NCBI RefSeq assembly: GCF_009914755.1
Contig: NC_060930.1
Origin: the human T2T-CHM13v2.0 reference genome, Homo sapiens
Direction: 5' to 3' (one strand)
DNA length: 64,000 nucleotides
The position numbers were made by a program, and so were the translations under genes. This document shows positions 42,896-55,983 of the stretch, piece by piece. The number at the start of each line of letters is the position of its first letter. The first letter of the stretch is position 1. The notes under the pieces are model-generated. The model was not told where the DNA came from and searched no databases. It saw nothing but the letters and a program-made list of their open reading frames with translations.

Positions 42896-45800
42896 GTAAG
42901 AGAGCACCGTGGGGCGTGTGTGGGTGTCCTCATTTGTATTCCGTGGGAGTACCTACGACGTTAATGAAGGCAACCAGGTTCTCTCCAATGCGAACGTACT
43001 CCTGTGATCTCTGGCGGCATTCCCATTGTGTTCAGGCCGTGTTGATGTTAACACGCTGTCTGTAGCGTGGCGCGAGGGTGTGTGCTTTTTCTGATCACAC
43101 TCCTGCTGCATTGCCACTTTGGCTTTCGTGGCTAAATGCCTAGGAATAAGCTGAGGCTGCATTTCCCTCTGGACCTTAAGGACATTTAAACCCCATTTTC
43201 ATTCCTTTCAGAATTATCTCTGGTTTTAAAATCCAAAAAACTTCAGCCTGCTCATTTCCTGATTTTGTCCCATTTAAACTCAAATAGCTACCACTGGCAT
43301 TCAGGGGTCACAGAAAACAGAAGGTGAATCGTCCTGGAGGGTTCCCAGGGCCGCTCTAATGTGGAGACTCTCGGTGTAGAAGCTGTTGTGTTTTAGGTTT
43401 TCGGGGTAAACAGGGTGTGTCTGCTTGTGCACTGATTCCAAAAACATCTTTAAATTTACCCTAATGGACGGTTTGAGCTGTTGGCTAGAGGTAAAATCTA
43501 TTTATGTTTATTAGCCTTGACAGAGCCCGAGTTACCTCCTTTTAGAAAATAATGCTGTGTGGTTGTGATGTGTATGTGTTTTTCTATTTTAGGGTGGGGT
43601 GTTGGAAAGGGAGGGGTGGCTTGTTCTGAAAGAAAGAATCCTGGTTCAGGCTGTTTTCATTTAAATTTATATTAGGCAAGAGTAGGTAATGTTTTTTATT
43701 TCAAATGTATCTATTTTCTTTAGCCATTAGGGCTGCCAGATTTTAGTTAGTATAAAGTAAGCTAAAATTGATGAGAATGTAGAATAATAAATGATTCTAC
43801 TAAACATTGTAGTACCAGAGAATCATAGGTGGTGAACAAACCTCAATTAATTTCTCCAGATCTCCGAGCTCCTACTTCCTTGTATTGTTTAGCTCATAAT
43901 TTTTTTTTTTTTTTTTGCTAAGGTGCTGTAATTTGTGTTCCAGCATGATTTTATTGGAAATAACAACAACAACAAAACATTTTTTTGGAGCCTAACAGTT
44001 CCTTTGAAAATAACCACTCCATTTTTTAATCTGTCAACAATAGTTTGTATTTAAAATACAGCCAAGCTATGGCCAAGATGCTAAGTTAAACTGCAAACTG
44101 GTCATGATTGACTTCCTCTTAAATCACAAGATGAGGCTTGAGGTTTCCTTTATTTTAATAAATTGCAGAGATGCCCTCTCCACCCTCAGCCCCAGGCCTG
44201 CCTCCCTGCTTCATACTCCATTAAATGGAACACACTGTCATGTGTGCACATGACCCTTAAATCTGCTCACATTGTAACTTCTGTGTAGATAGGAGATCTG
44301 CCAGGGTTAGAAATCAAAGAGCTCCAGCCCTTATCACTTGGGAAACCACAGGCTAGCGAGTAAAGCAGGTGGGTTTGTAACCCAGGTATAAAGAGCCCGC
44401 TGATTGTGTAAAACCTCACAGCTGTGGGCAAACTGTGTTCCCGACACAACACACTACACATTCTTTTTATTCCCTGTGTAGCTCAGTCTGTAAGGACAAA
44501 TTCTGCCTTTAAAAAAAGAGAGAGAGAAGTGCTACCCCTTTTCTTCACTGGGACAGCTTTTACTTGGAGACACCCTATTGTAGTCTCCGGGTGCTATTAT
44601 TATCTTAGCTTCATAATAAGTACTTCCATGTGATTTTATATTTATTGTTATGCCACTGTTTTGTAGCATAATGTATTAGTATTGCCCCTCTTAGCATTTT
44701 ATCAATCTTTAATTTCACAAGTAATTCATGATATATTCTTATTTTAAAAATTAAAACAATAGCCTCTGATTGCACAGTGGGGAAAAGTGAGGGGCCAAAA
44801 GTTATTTGAATTGGTGGTGCCCACATTAAGTTATAGTCTCAGAAGTTCCAAATCTTTGTTTAGCTGTCTGCCTGGGGCACAAAGGCAGTCTTCTGTCTTG
44901 AGTTTCAAATCCAGATCCATAAGCTGTGTCCTCACGCAGCCTGAGATGAGTCAGGGAAATGATGTGTTTGGAGTCGGTGGGGAATTAGCGGACGGGTTTG
45001 GTGCTTCAGCAGCTCCTTGTTTTGCCAGCCCTGATCCCGGGAGAGAAATGGGGCAGGGAATGAAGGTGAGCGGGGAGACTGTGCGAGGTCAAGCAAATGC
45101 AGTGAGCTGACCCCCGGCTGGTGAGAGCCCCTAAGTGAGGGTGATAAATGGTGGGAGAGGAGAGAGCTGGGCCTCCTTTATTTCCCGAGATCTTCAAAAC
45201 CATACGTATTTATTGAATGGCCGCTGGCTTCTCTGGGCAGCCCCAGGCTGGGGCTTGGTAGGAAGTGGGAAGGTAGCTACTGTCTAAAATGGAAGGGTTT
45301 TAGTCCTGCTACATCCATGCAGGTGTCCTGCGAGCCCTGCTGCTGTGAAGCGACGTATTGGGCACTACACTGTGGATACTTCTTTGGGTCATTTCCAACA
45401 AACATCTCAATGAGTTTAAAGCTCTGGGTTACTTAGCATCAGTTACAAAGGGCTTTTGGAAACTCTAGTTCTGCCTTTATTGTGATGGAGACTAAGTGAG
45501 AGAGGGTATTCATATTGTTGGATGTGGCCATGCAAGTTTAGAAAACTTAGCACACTTTATTCCCCTCTGGAAGGTTCACAGTTGTGTTGTCGGAATAAAG
45601 GCTTGAGAGCCCTATTGTGCAGACATGTATCAGCCTTTGTGAGCCGGGAGACATTGTATGTGCTTGCTTATGTGATGTGCCTCCTACTGAGACCCCCATG
45701 GAACATGTCCTGTGAAATCCAGGGGAGGTAAGTAAGGAGGCTCCCATTTTTACTTAGGAAGGAACTAAGGAACTTTTGACTTGGTTGCTTTTGGTTGGAT

Positions 45801-48760
45801 TAGATTGGACCCCATTATTTGGGTAATTTGTTGGGGGTTGGGGTTTCCCAAAATAGCATTCATAGCATCTTGTACTCTTCCTAGCAGCCTGGCTGGAAAA
45901 AGAAAATAGAAGGTACTGTTATCAGGCCTTCAGAGTGGCTGTGCCTTGCCTCTGGTCAGGGAGTGGCTGGGTGGTCTCTGATGCGTCTTGGGTGGATGAG
46001 AGAAGATGTGTTTATCCACTGGACCATGATGGGTGAGGTGGTCAGCCAAGGGAAAAAGGCCTATGTCTCCAATTACTACCTCTTCAGAAGAGTAGCTAAG
46101 GAGTAGACCTTCCAGAATGAAGATCTTAGAAACGTAATAGAAACCTGGGGACCTTCAAGCTCTCTAGTAAGCCCTAAATTCACATCTGAGATTCTGAGGA
46201 GCTCTGACCCGTTTCTATGCCCCACTGCTCTCTGTCGGAGACAGAAATCCCAGCTAAACAGGGTCTAGAGATCAGCAAGCCTAACTCTATCATTGGGTGG
46301 ACAAAAACCTGGGCGTTGGGAGACAGGAAAGGACTTGCCTGGGATTCCCATGGCTGTCTGGGTAGCTTGATGGGAAGCCGGGACTCCTCTCCCAGACTGG
46401 GGATTTTCCCAGCATGCCCCACTGCCTCTGTTCTCTCCTAGCACGACTGATGTTTCTGATATCCTTAGTGGTATCGGTAGATCTTACCAGATCACCTTTG
46501 AAAAAGGTTGTGCTATTTGTGCTTGTACTAGCAATGTATGAAAGTGCCTTTCCCTGCCATGCCATCACCAGCACAGAGCTTTGCTCTTCTTTCCTTTTAA
46601 TTAGCAAGATTTTTGCTGTTATTTGCTGCAAATACCCTCTTCACACATCCCGTCCCTTTCCAGATAGTTCTTCCCTTTGAAGACAAAGGGTTACTGATTT
46701 ATTCATTTCTTGAGCTCCTCCTATGTTCCAGGTCTTGGGACAGGTACTGTGGGTAACAGAAGTGAGTTCATCCCAAGATCTTCCCTGGCAGAGCCTTTGG
46801 TGTATGCACAAGATACGCGTTGTAGCTGCTTTATAAATATTGGTGACAGTGAGAGAAGAGCTGTGGCTTGGAGCAGGTGGCAAATCCCATAGGAACAGAG
46901 CCTGTGGAAGCCCAGAGAATGAGATCCTTCTTCTGCCGTTGAATCTGGAGACATTTGACTGGGCCTTTGGCGATGCCTAAGAATTCAGAAAATGTGATCC
47001 CTGGCATTCCAGCTGGTGGAGAATGCCAGGACATGACTTCCTCTGAGAACTCTGAGTCCAGCAAGGTGGATGGTGTTATTTAGTGCCTCTATGGCTTAAC
47101 CAGGCTGGTTCTCACATCATCTGTCAGCAAGTGGCAGGGCCAGGGCTGGAACCAAGGCCTTCTCACTGCAGAGGCAAGGGTCTTCCTGCCAGCCATAGCC
47201 CTTCAGGACTACACTTTTGGTATCAAAACTTCGGAGCACATGATGCTAGTAAAATGGCGGAAAATCATTGCCGCATGTATTAATTTCAATAGAAAGTAAG
47301 CCCAGACCTGTTTAAGAGGAAAAAGCAAAATCCTCCTTCGCCTGTTTCTGTGCTCAGGACTTTGTCAGGGAGTTGCCCCTGTGTGCTGAAAAGTGTTTCC
47401 TTATTTGTGGGGACGGGTGGGAGCGGTGTCTTCAGCGTCTACTGATGGCTCCAGGTTTGAGGGCTGGTGAAAACTCCTATTGCAAAGACAGTGATTTTTC
47501 AAATCAGAAACCTGATATTGTTTGTAGTTGCTGAGAAACTAATATTGAGCAATGAAAGGTTTCTCCCTTCCCCTGAAAAAAAGAAACAGAACTCTTTCTA
47601 ATGTAAAAATTTCGGTGTTTCATTTTTCATTTTGTGTATTTAAGCAGAGCACCTGCAGGAAACAAAACTATTTCTCACTATTAACAAAAAAAAAGTTTTA
47701 AGAAGTATTCTCATGCCTTCACTAAGCTTCTAACATGAAGAACCTTACCTTTTTAAAAATGACACATACTGTAAGATGACAGTGTAGGATCAAGTAGAGA
47801 AAAAATGATTTATACTCATTTATGAAGACCAGGGTATTGTATGTATATACCAGGTAGATTTTATGAGCTAGAGTTCAGCTTGGATATTTTCTGTTTTCAG
47901 TGTGAACCATTTATGGTGTTTTTAAAAGAATGGGATGTTTTCATATGCAGACATTTATTCTTGGTGATTCTGTTTATATTTCTTTTAACATTGAAGACAT
48001 TTTTTGAAGTGTTGATGCCAAGACTTTACTTGTGTTAGTTTTGTTTGTAGTTGGCTTCTTCCTCTGGTTGTTAACTGTGTGCCTGTACTTCTGTCTTTAT
48101 TTACCTGCTTATTGATGAGGAAACTCACCAAGGTGAGACGCCCAGTCTGCTTGGACGGCCCCATCCTTTTTCCCCGGGTCAGTGCCCAGCGGCCACGTGG
48201 GCCTGAGGCCGAGGTCTCCTGGAGGGACCCTGGTTTCCTGCCACGTGTTCCTCTTGCTGATCCACCCCATTTCTCTTGAACAAAAGTTTTGTTGGCTTCC
48301 CAAATGTAAAGCAAGCCAGAAGCAAGATGATAAAGGGTGTTTAAAGTTGAAGAAGGCATGTGTGTATTCTCTTTCCTCTCTTCCCACCCTCTCCTGCTCA
48401 CATGAATTCTCCCCTCCCTCCGAGCTCAGCCCCAGCTCTCCTTCCTCTGAGAGGGACACCGTCAGGGTCCTCCGAGCTCAGGACTTCGGCCCCTTTTCTG
48501 TAATGTCTTCAGTTTGTACTCTCAGTTGGGCCATGAGACACGTGTGCACTGTCCCTGCTTCTGTAGGATATTAAGCATCCATTTAACCTGTGCTTTATGA
48601 CGTAAGTGTTCATGGCCCACATCGGGCTCCTGAGCTGGCCTGGGAGCCCACACAGGCAGCTGCCGTGCTGGGGTTTCTCTGGTCCTTGCAGCACTCGGCT
48701 TGGATCCAGCACGCAGGGGCCCCTCTGCAGATGTCTGCTGATGAAAGGCGAGATTTGCAC

Positions 48761-48844
48761 CATTTAGCCCCGTTCCAAAGTGAGAAATCATGTCTTATCA
48801 CGCATTTAGCCCCGTTCCAAAGTGAGAAATCATGTCTCATCACG
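48761..48844. repeat. 42-bp tandem duplication
   Basis: catttagccccgttccaaagtgagaaatcatgtct[t/c]atcacg x2. Confidence 0.93.
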
Positions 48845-49438
48845 TCTTTGGCCCCTTGTGGCTCATTAGGATGTGAAAGTAGAGTGGGGTCAAGAGTGAT
48901 TTCTTTATCATGAGCAATTTGTGAAGCCAGAGGATCGGTTAGTGCAATGCAGCCTCGCTTATATGGGCAGTCTGTGTAGTTCCTCACTTCCTTAGTAAGC
49001 AGCGGTGCCTGTGGATGTCCTGTTCTACAGAGCTGCTGTGGCCTCTGGTTCAGAATGATCTTTTCCTAAGTTGTTACAACCAGTAATCCCCTGTGCAGCT
49101 CCTGTGACTTTCTGATTGAAATCTAGAGAGCTACCTTTGCTTGTCATTAAAAGCTTGGCTCTACAAAGAGGACCATGCATCCAAGACACAGACAGTGACA
49201 GTCAATTAAAGGAGGATTTGCCATGGTCAAGCCCCATGCCAGGGTTGGCACACAGCTTGTGGAAACGCTGTCACAGACTTCATGGAGCTTATCCTCATTA
49301 GGAAAAGCTAAGAGGACATTCAGGGCACAGGGACTTGTGTTCTGGTTGTAAAGGGAGAGCCTCATTGCCTGTGGCCCTCCTCCAGCAGCCATTGAGGCTG
49401 ACATGCAGGCCATCACCTCCAGCCCTACCTTTTCCCTA

Positions 49439-49569
49439 GGTGACCACAGCAGGCCTCAGCTCTCAGGACCCCAGGGGGTGACCACAGCAGGCCTCAGCTC
49501 TGAGGACCCCAGGGCCTTTCCCCAGGTGACCACAGCAGGCCTCAGCTCTCAGGACCCCAGGGCCTTTCC
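49439..49569. repeat. Short tandem repeat, 38-47 bp x3
   Basis: ggtgaccacagcaggcctcagctct[c/g]aggaccccagg three times. Confidence 0.92.
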
Positions 49570-49599
49570 TGTCCAGAACCTGCAAGTCACAGAAGCTAT

Positions 49600-49950
49600 A
49601 GGTTGCCCTTCTCCAGGCACAAGGAGGATAAACCCCCAAAGCCACACATCTCATACACACAGATGTGTACAGATGTTCAAGTGTGCAGCCATTCATGGCA
49701 GCGCTGTTTGTAATGGCAACAAATTGGAGCCAACCCACATATTCAGCAGAAGGGGAGTGGTCAGTGCTGGTTCATCCATATTAAGGAATACTCGGCAGCA
49801 ATTCAACAAGAAAAGGAAGACGTCTGTGTGTTCACAGGGTTAAGTCCACTGTTAAGAAAAGGAAGCAAGTTATAGGATGATACCCATCATATAATCACAT
49901 TTATGTAAAGTTTAAAGTCAATGGTGTATTTCTGTATTACATTTATATGC
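49600..49950 (+). mobile_element. Old L1 (L1ME-like) 3' fragment
   Basis: ttcatggcagcgctgtttgtaatggcaacaaattggagccaacc...ggaatactcggcagcaatt. Confidence 0.55.
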
Positions 49951-51809
49951 ATGATAATGCACAGATAAGGGTTTGAAAGGACCAGGCCAGACTCCTCAAA
50001 CTGGTGATTTCCTAGAGAACTAGAATGGGAGGGGAGGGAGGGAAGGATGATTCCCACTTTTTCCTCTATTTAAAAAAAAAAAAAATTCTTGAATTTATTT
50101 GTCACAATAAGATCATGTCCAAGTATCTATTCGAGTGAAGACAGTGGGAGAAAGAAGGGAAGGGGGTCTGTGGGCCATGCTCTGGGTGTCTGGTAATGAC
50201 AGGTAGATTTCATTTGAATGTTCAGGCCTGGCTGGAAGGTGATCTGTGTTTGGCTGCGCTGTGTTCATAGATGCATGTGTGATGCATGATGTCAGGCAAG
50301 CTACATCCTGTTGTCCACGGCCGATTGGTACAAAGCAAAGTATGTCATCCACTTTATTTCAGTCATCTTAATCTTCAATCTTCAAAGGGAGAAGATGGCC
50401 CAAGACATGTATTTACTGGTCTAGACTTTCTTTCCTGTGTGATCTATTTCTACCTGAATGATTGGACACAAAATGAATCTGTGCCCTTTTTTAGGACTCA
50501 CAGATGCCCGGGGGATACAGCTTGAAGCACTGGGCAAGATTTCCCATTTGTGTTGGCCATTGTTTCCAGCGTGGGTGAATTCAGCTATCTTACCGAAAAA
50601 CACTGTGGGTGTCAAGTTGCTAGAAAGGTCCAAGTCTTTTGAAAACCAGTTGCTGTTTGACCTGGAATGGTTTTCAGATTGACAGTTGTTTCCAGCACAC
50701 CTCAGTTGTTTTCATCTCTCTAGGAAAACCTCTTTGAAGCCACCCAGAATCAGTGGTACTTTGCTGTACCAAAAGCTTACAGCAGCTTTCGTGTGTTGAG
50801 GCAAATTTGTTTGAAGCCAACCCCAGATTTAAATAGATATGACTCAAATAGAAATGATTATAGCAGGGATCGAAAACTGTCTAGTAATCGCTCTTTCTTG
50901 AAGCAAGCTGTATCTAGGTTTCTCGTGTGGCAGTCGGGTGTGTAAGAGCGGCCCCTCCACTGGCTGGTCCTGCTACCACAGACTCACTTGCAAATGGAGC
51001 CCTAGAACTCCTGCATGGCTGGACTCAGAGGGCTTGAGATCTTCCAGTACTTAACTGAGTCTAGGGAGGACATGGTTTTTTAAACTTCTAAATCAAAGAA
51101 CTCTTTTGGCCTGGCTTCCTAGAGGTACCCTGTCCTTCAGCTGGGGACCTTCTCTCTAGGGCTCGTGCTCACTGACCAGCCTCTCCTTACAACTGAAGAC
51201 TTTTGCAGGACACTCTTCCTAGATGTTGCCTTCATGTTGAGTCCCGGTGTCTGAGCATTTCCTCCTGACGGCTGTACTTGAGCAGTCACCTGGCACAGGT
51301 GTGTGGAGGACTCTGCATTCTTGGAGTGGGTTTCCTGGTTTGCATCTCACCCTGTCCACGGTGGGGAATGTGTGAAGGGCAAGATCTGCCAGGATATCGA
51401 AACCAAGGTCTTGGGAGAAGCATGCAGCGCGTGGGCTCCTCCGTGTTCGGACTGAGTGTAGTGTGCATAGACACCACTGCAGCCTGGTTGCCTTTGGGTG
51501 CCAAAGTGCCTATCATAGATGGCATGGGCTCTGCCAGTCCACGCAAGGGCTGCATGGTCATGGGCTGGGAGATTTGGGGAAGACTTTGTAAAGAGAGGGG
51601 TGTTGAGGCAGCCTTATAGGACTAGTGCGGTTTGACTCAGTGGGGAGGGAGGGTGAGGGGTGTGTCTTCTGTAGGTTTAGTGCTTCAGGGCAGGTCAGGG
51701 AGGGGGAGATGAGCCCCACCTGATGATAGAGTGGAGGCGGTGGTCAGTACGGGTGAGGGTGGTGCTGTCTTCAGTTCTCCTTTTGGCTACGTTGGAAGTT
51801 GTTACTCCT

Positions 51810-52975
51810 CCAGACTCAGCAAACATTTATTGAGCACCTACCTTGCAGCAGGGATTGGGGATAAAATACAAAGAGAAGTGAGATGTGTCCCAACATTAAG
51901 GATTGACAGGCGTGTAAATCCTTAAAAATGCATACCAGAGGCAAGGGCCCTGGGCACCCAGGGGAGGCGGCTAACACTGCAGGGCAGACAAGACAGCAAG
52001 GCTTCACCAAAGGTGAAAATCTGGTGTGGTCCTAAATGATCATAGAGGTTTGCCAGGCAGTGATGGAGATGACAGGTGAGTTGGAGGTGGGATTCTGGGT
52101 AGAGAAAGCTGTGTGTGCAGAGGTACAGGGTGCACTAAGGGATGGGGCATGCAAGGGAAGGTGTGTCCTGGCACTTTGGGAGCTCACCAGGGTGGCTGGA
52201 CTGGAAAAGCAGGCTCAGAGCAGATTAGCAAAGACATTGTTTGTTAAGCTGTGGAGTCTGAACTTCATCTTGCAGTAAGCAGAGACCCAGCAAAGATTCA
52301 TGAACAAAGCCAGGTGACACATTCCGATTTCTTTTGCAGGATGTTGTCTCAAGGTTAGAGTGGAGTGAGGGAGTTGGGTACCCCAGAGACCCTCGAAAGC
52401 TCTTGAAGTAATCCTCGTTAGAAGTGATGAGGGTCTGAACTGGGATGCTGGGGACTGGATATTTTTTAGAAGTGAAAGAGTCAGATTTGATCTGAAAATC
52501 TTCCATAAAGTGACATAACAAAGTTGAAAATGAAAGAAGGGGAAAGATTCTCTAGCAAGAATCAAGCAAAAGGAACATGGCATAGTGATAGTTTTTGTGA
52601 GATAAAATGGAATTGAAAGCAAAAGAAAAAATAATAATAATTAGGGTAAAGAGGGAAACTACATTAAAAAAAAAGGAACAATCCATTGAGAAGTTACAAC
52701 AGCCATAAACTCATCAGACATCTTCAAAATACAGAAAGAGAGTCATTTCTCAGACTGGGGAGTCAGGGATGCCTGAGGGTACAGCTAATTAGGCTATAAG
52801 TACCCATGGCTCTGCCATCCAGGGATGTGAGTGCTCCAGGAAACAGAGCTGGGTGGAAGAAAGGGACCAAGCTCAGTCATGGGTGGAATGTTCATGTGAT
52901 ATTCATCACTGGATAGAAATACAGGTCCAGGGCTCAGGAGAGAGGTCTCGGCTGGACGTGAAGATTTGGGCATCA
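51810..52975. mobile_element. L2 fragments
   Basis: cagcaaacatttattgagcacctac; ggagctcaggagagagg-like; gatttgggcatca. Confidence 0.55.
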
Positions 52976-52988
52976 CAGTATCACAGTG

Positions 52989-53110
52989 TATCTACATAGT
53001 GTATGCATATCATCTACATAGTGTACACATATCATCTACATAGTGTATACATATCTACATAGTGTATACATATCTACATAGTGTATACATATCATCTACA
53101 TAGTGTATCT
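52989..53110. repeat. AT-rich minisatellite, 19-22 bp x~6
   Basis: (cat)atctacatagtgtatacat units. Confidence 0.9.
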
Positions 53111-54161
53111 AAGCCATTGCTCTTAAATAAAACCATGGGAGAAAATGCTAGGACAGCATGACTAGGGAATGATGGTGGGGCCATCCTCCGGCGTCTTGCT
53201 TTTATGTGGTGTTATGCGATGGAATTCACAGCCTGTGAACACGTGATCTTGGGAGACACACATCTTTGTTACTCCTGTAACCCCTTGTGTGGGTTCTAGT
53301 TAGTCTCAGCTCTTCTGAGTGCAGTCCTTGGGGTTCCCTGCAGGGGCGCCTCAGGGTACTCTGGCCCCAGTGTAGAGCTTGAGTTTTGCTTCCCCCAAGC
53401 TGAGATTCTGCAGCTTCTCATTCACAGATTCCAACCCAAGAAGACCCTCGTGTTTGGCTGTTTTAGGTGCTGTGGACACTGGAAAGGGGAGACTAGGTGA
53501 CGTGAATAGCAAGTCTGAAATGCTTTCAGAGGAGATGCAATTCTGTAAGGCGTTTGAAAGAGAAGACAGGCTTAGGTTGGTAGAAACAACCAAGGAGAAT
53601 ATCCGTGGAGAGCATCCACGGAGGGAAAGCGTGTTTCTTGTTCCGGGTCGGGACAGCACCGTGTGTGGCTGGCTGACTAGCAGAAAGCTTAAGCATCATG
53701 GTGGTGGTGGTGATGGAAGAGGACATCTAGTCCAGGGAGATTCCGTGGGTTATGGCTGCTTGGTGGGGGGGGGGGCCTTCGAGTCTGCAATAGGAAGTTT
53801 GAATGGGAAGTTAAAGGGGGTAGGTTGGTTAAGACCCAAAGCCGGGTTAAAGGGCTCTCTGGGCACCATTGTTGTTTTTAGCCATAAGAAAATGCGCCCT
53901 AGTTTACCAAAGACTGGTTTAAGCAAATCTGCTGTTTTCAGGTGCTCTGAATAATCATTGCCTGCTAGGCAATGCAGGTGGACCTTGTGTTTGCCCACAC
54001 CTGCAAGGGAAGTGCTCCAATCTTATTTTAAAACTCTGAGAGTGAAGCAATAGCACCTAGCTAGTTTCATCACCTTATTACAGGCTGTGAACAAGCTCTG
54101 TCCATGCTTTTAAAAATGTGTTCCCCTCTGTGTGGCCAGACTCCCTGGGATGTTTTAAAGG

Positions 54162-54196
54162 CGTGTGTGCATGTGTGTGTGTGTGTGTGTGTGTGT
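54162..54196. repeat. (TG)n microsatellite
   Basis: Direct reading. Confidence 0.9.
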
Positions 54197-55983
54197 TGAG
54201 GTGGACAGTATCAAACCCTAGGTTTGAATTGAGAAGTTATTTCCCTCCTTTCAGTTATCACCGCAGCTACTGCCAGCGTCAAGTTTCAGCATTCATCACT
54301 GAGCAGGGGCATCGCCAGCTAGCTCTGGCCTTCTTTTCCCATGGGAAAGCAAATGAAATGCATGGTGAAAGTTCTGGGCGTGGGAACGAAGTAGGTGCAT
54401 CTGAAATCTGAGTTAGAGCTTCTTTCTCTTGAGGTCCAACTTTTTGTTCTCAGGTTTTTCCCCGGCTAGTGGGGGTTAATCCACAAGGCCCTTGGCTCCT
54501 TCCGTGAGAGGTGCAGCCACTATCAGTGCAAGGAGAGGACGCGGGGAAGTGGCTCTTAGGGCGTCCCTTTGCCATCTTAGGATGGCTGTATAGGCACAGA
54601 TTTCCCTGTCAGTTTGTAACTCTGGGGTGAACAGAGCAGAGCTCAGACCTTGGCTTGAGACTCCTACTCTTGGAAATTATTCCTAAGCAGAGGAGTTCAA
54701 GGATCATTTCAGCTGTGCTGACCTGGGAGGAGGCAGAGCCTCGCCGGGGTAGAATAGGTACAAATCAAATATATCTATTTTATGAAATACCTTGTTCCAG
54801 GAGATCAGCCCCGCAGCACCCAAGTGGAAGCAGTTCGAAGTCTCCTTTACATGATTGTCAGTGAGAGCAGATGGAGAGTGCAATTAAATTGCACTATGGA
54901 ATGGCTCCACCCTATGCCCTGAAGAAGAAAAGATCTCATAACTAGCAAAGGAAGATAACATTTCCAAGTGTTTTTGGTTTTTGGCTTCCTGGTTTTTAAA
55001 AACTGTTCCTTTAAGCTGAGGTTTCCTGCCTTTTCTGATGGAAACCTCTGCAGCTGCTCCTACTTCAGCAGTGGGCTTGCAGCCGCATGGCTACCCCAGT
55101 GAGTGTCCTCTAGCCTCCTTGGTGGCCGGAGCACTCTCTTCCCCTGTGCTTCCACATGTGGGCTCTGACCGAGGTGACCTAGGGCCTCCTTCTGTGCCAT
55201 GCTAGCAGCGGCAGGCGTGGAGAGGGTGGAGGGCTTGGAGGAGTGCCGCCCTTCCTGGGGAGGCCTGGGAGCAGTGACCCGCTCATCCTTAATCAGAGCA
55301 AGGAACACGCTCTCCCACCCACACCTGCTGCCGCGAACCTCAGGCAGTGAGTGCCGCGGAGCACAGGAATGCAGCACGTCTCTAATATTAACTTGCTGCA
55401 TAACAGAGGGGTGTCCCTCCTGGTGTTGAGGAGAAACAGAAGAGCCGCTGTTCTCATTTCTCTCCACTCTCCCACCCCGTGGACGTTCTTTCTGCCCTGA
55501 GCTCCCGTGGCACTCACCACGTCCAGCCTTTGCGTGTCTTGAGCCTCAGCCCTGCCCATGCAGAACTGGCCAGCCCTGGAGGGCAGCACCCTGCTCTGGG
55601 TCAGTGTTTGCCTCTTTCTCAAAACAGCTTCTAGAGTATGATCCCAGAGGGAGGATGTGGTGTTCGGCTGGAGGGATCATCCGTGCTGTTTAGAAAGGGC
55701 TTCCTAGATGCTGCAGATTGTGTCCAAGCCTGAAGACAAGCGGCAGTCTACAAAGCCTGTAACCCATCTGCAGCTGAGGGACCCATTCCATCACCAGCGA
55801 GGGGCTCCGAGAGCTCACTGGCTTAGCCAACTGCAAAACAGGCACAGTGTTCCCAGCAGCGCTTCGTGCCTCCCTAAGGAGGGAGCTGTGTTTAAGGCAG
55901 GCTGCCGCATCCTGCCGGGAAGGGGAGGCTGGCTCAGGGAGATAGGTACAGCACACAGCTTGAAGAGCAGTGTGGCCCTCTCC

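Noticed and set aside
42770-42964. 64-aa ORF containing DARDAEQ...
   Set aside because: It is exon 3 plus flanking intron, not a separate gene
53379-53954. 191-aa + strand ORF in intron 3
   Set aside because: Non-ATG start, no recognisable domain or splice structure; compatible with chance
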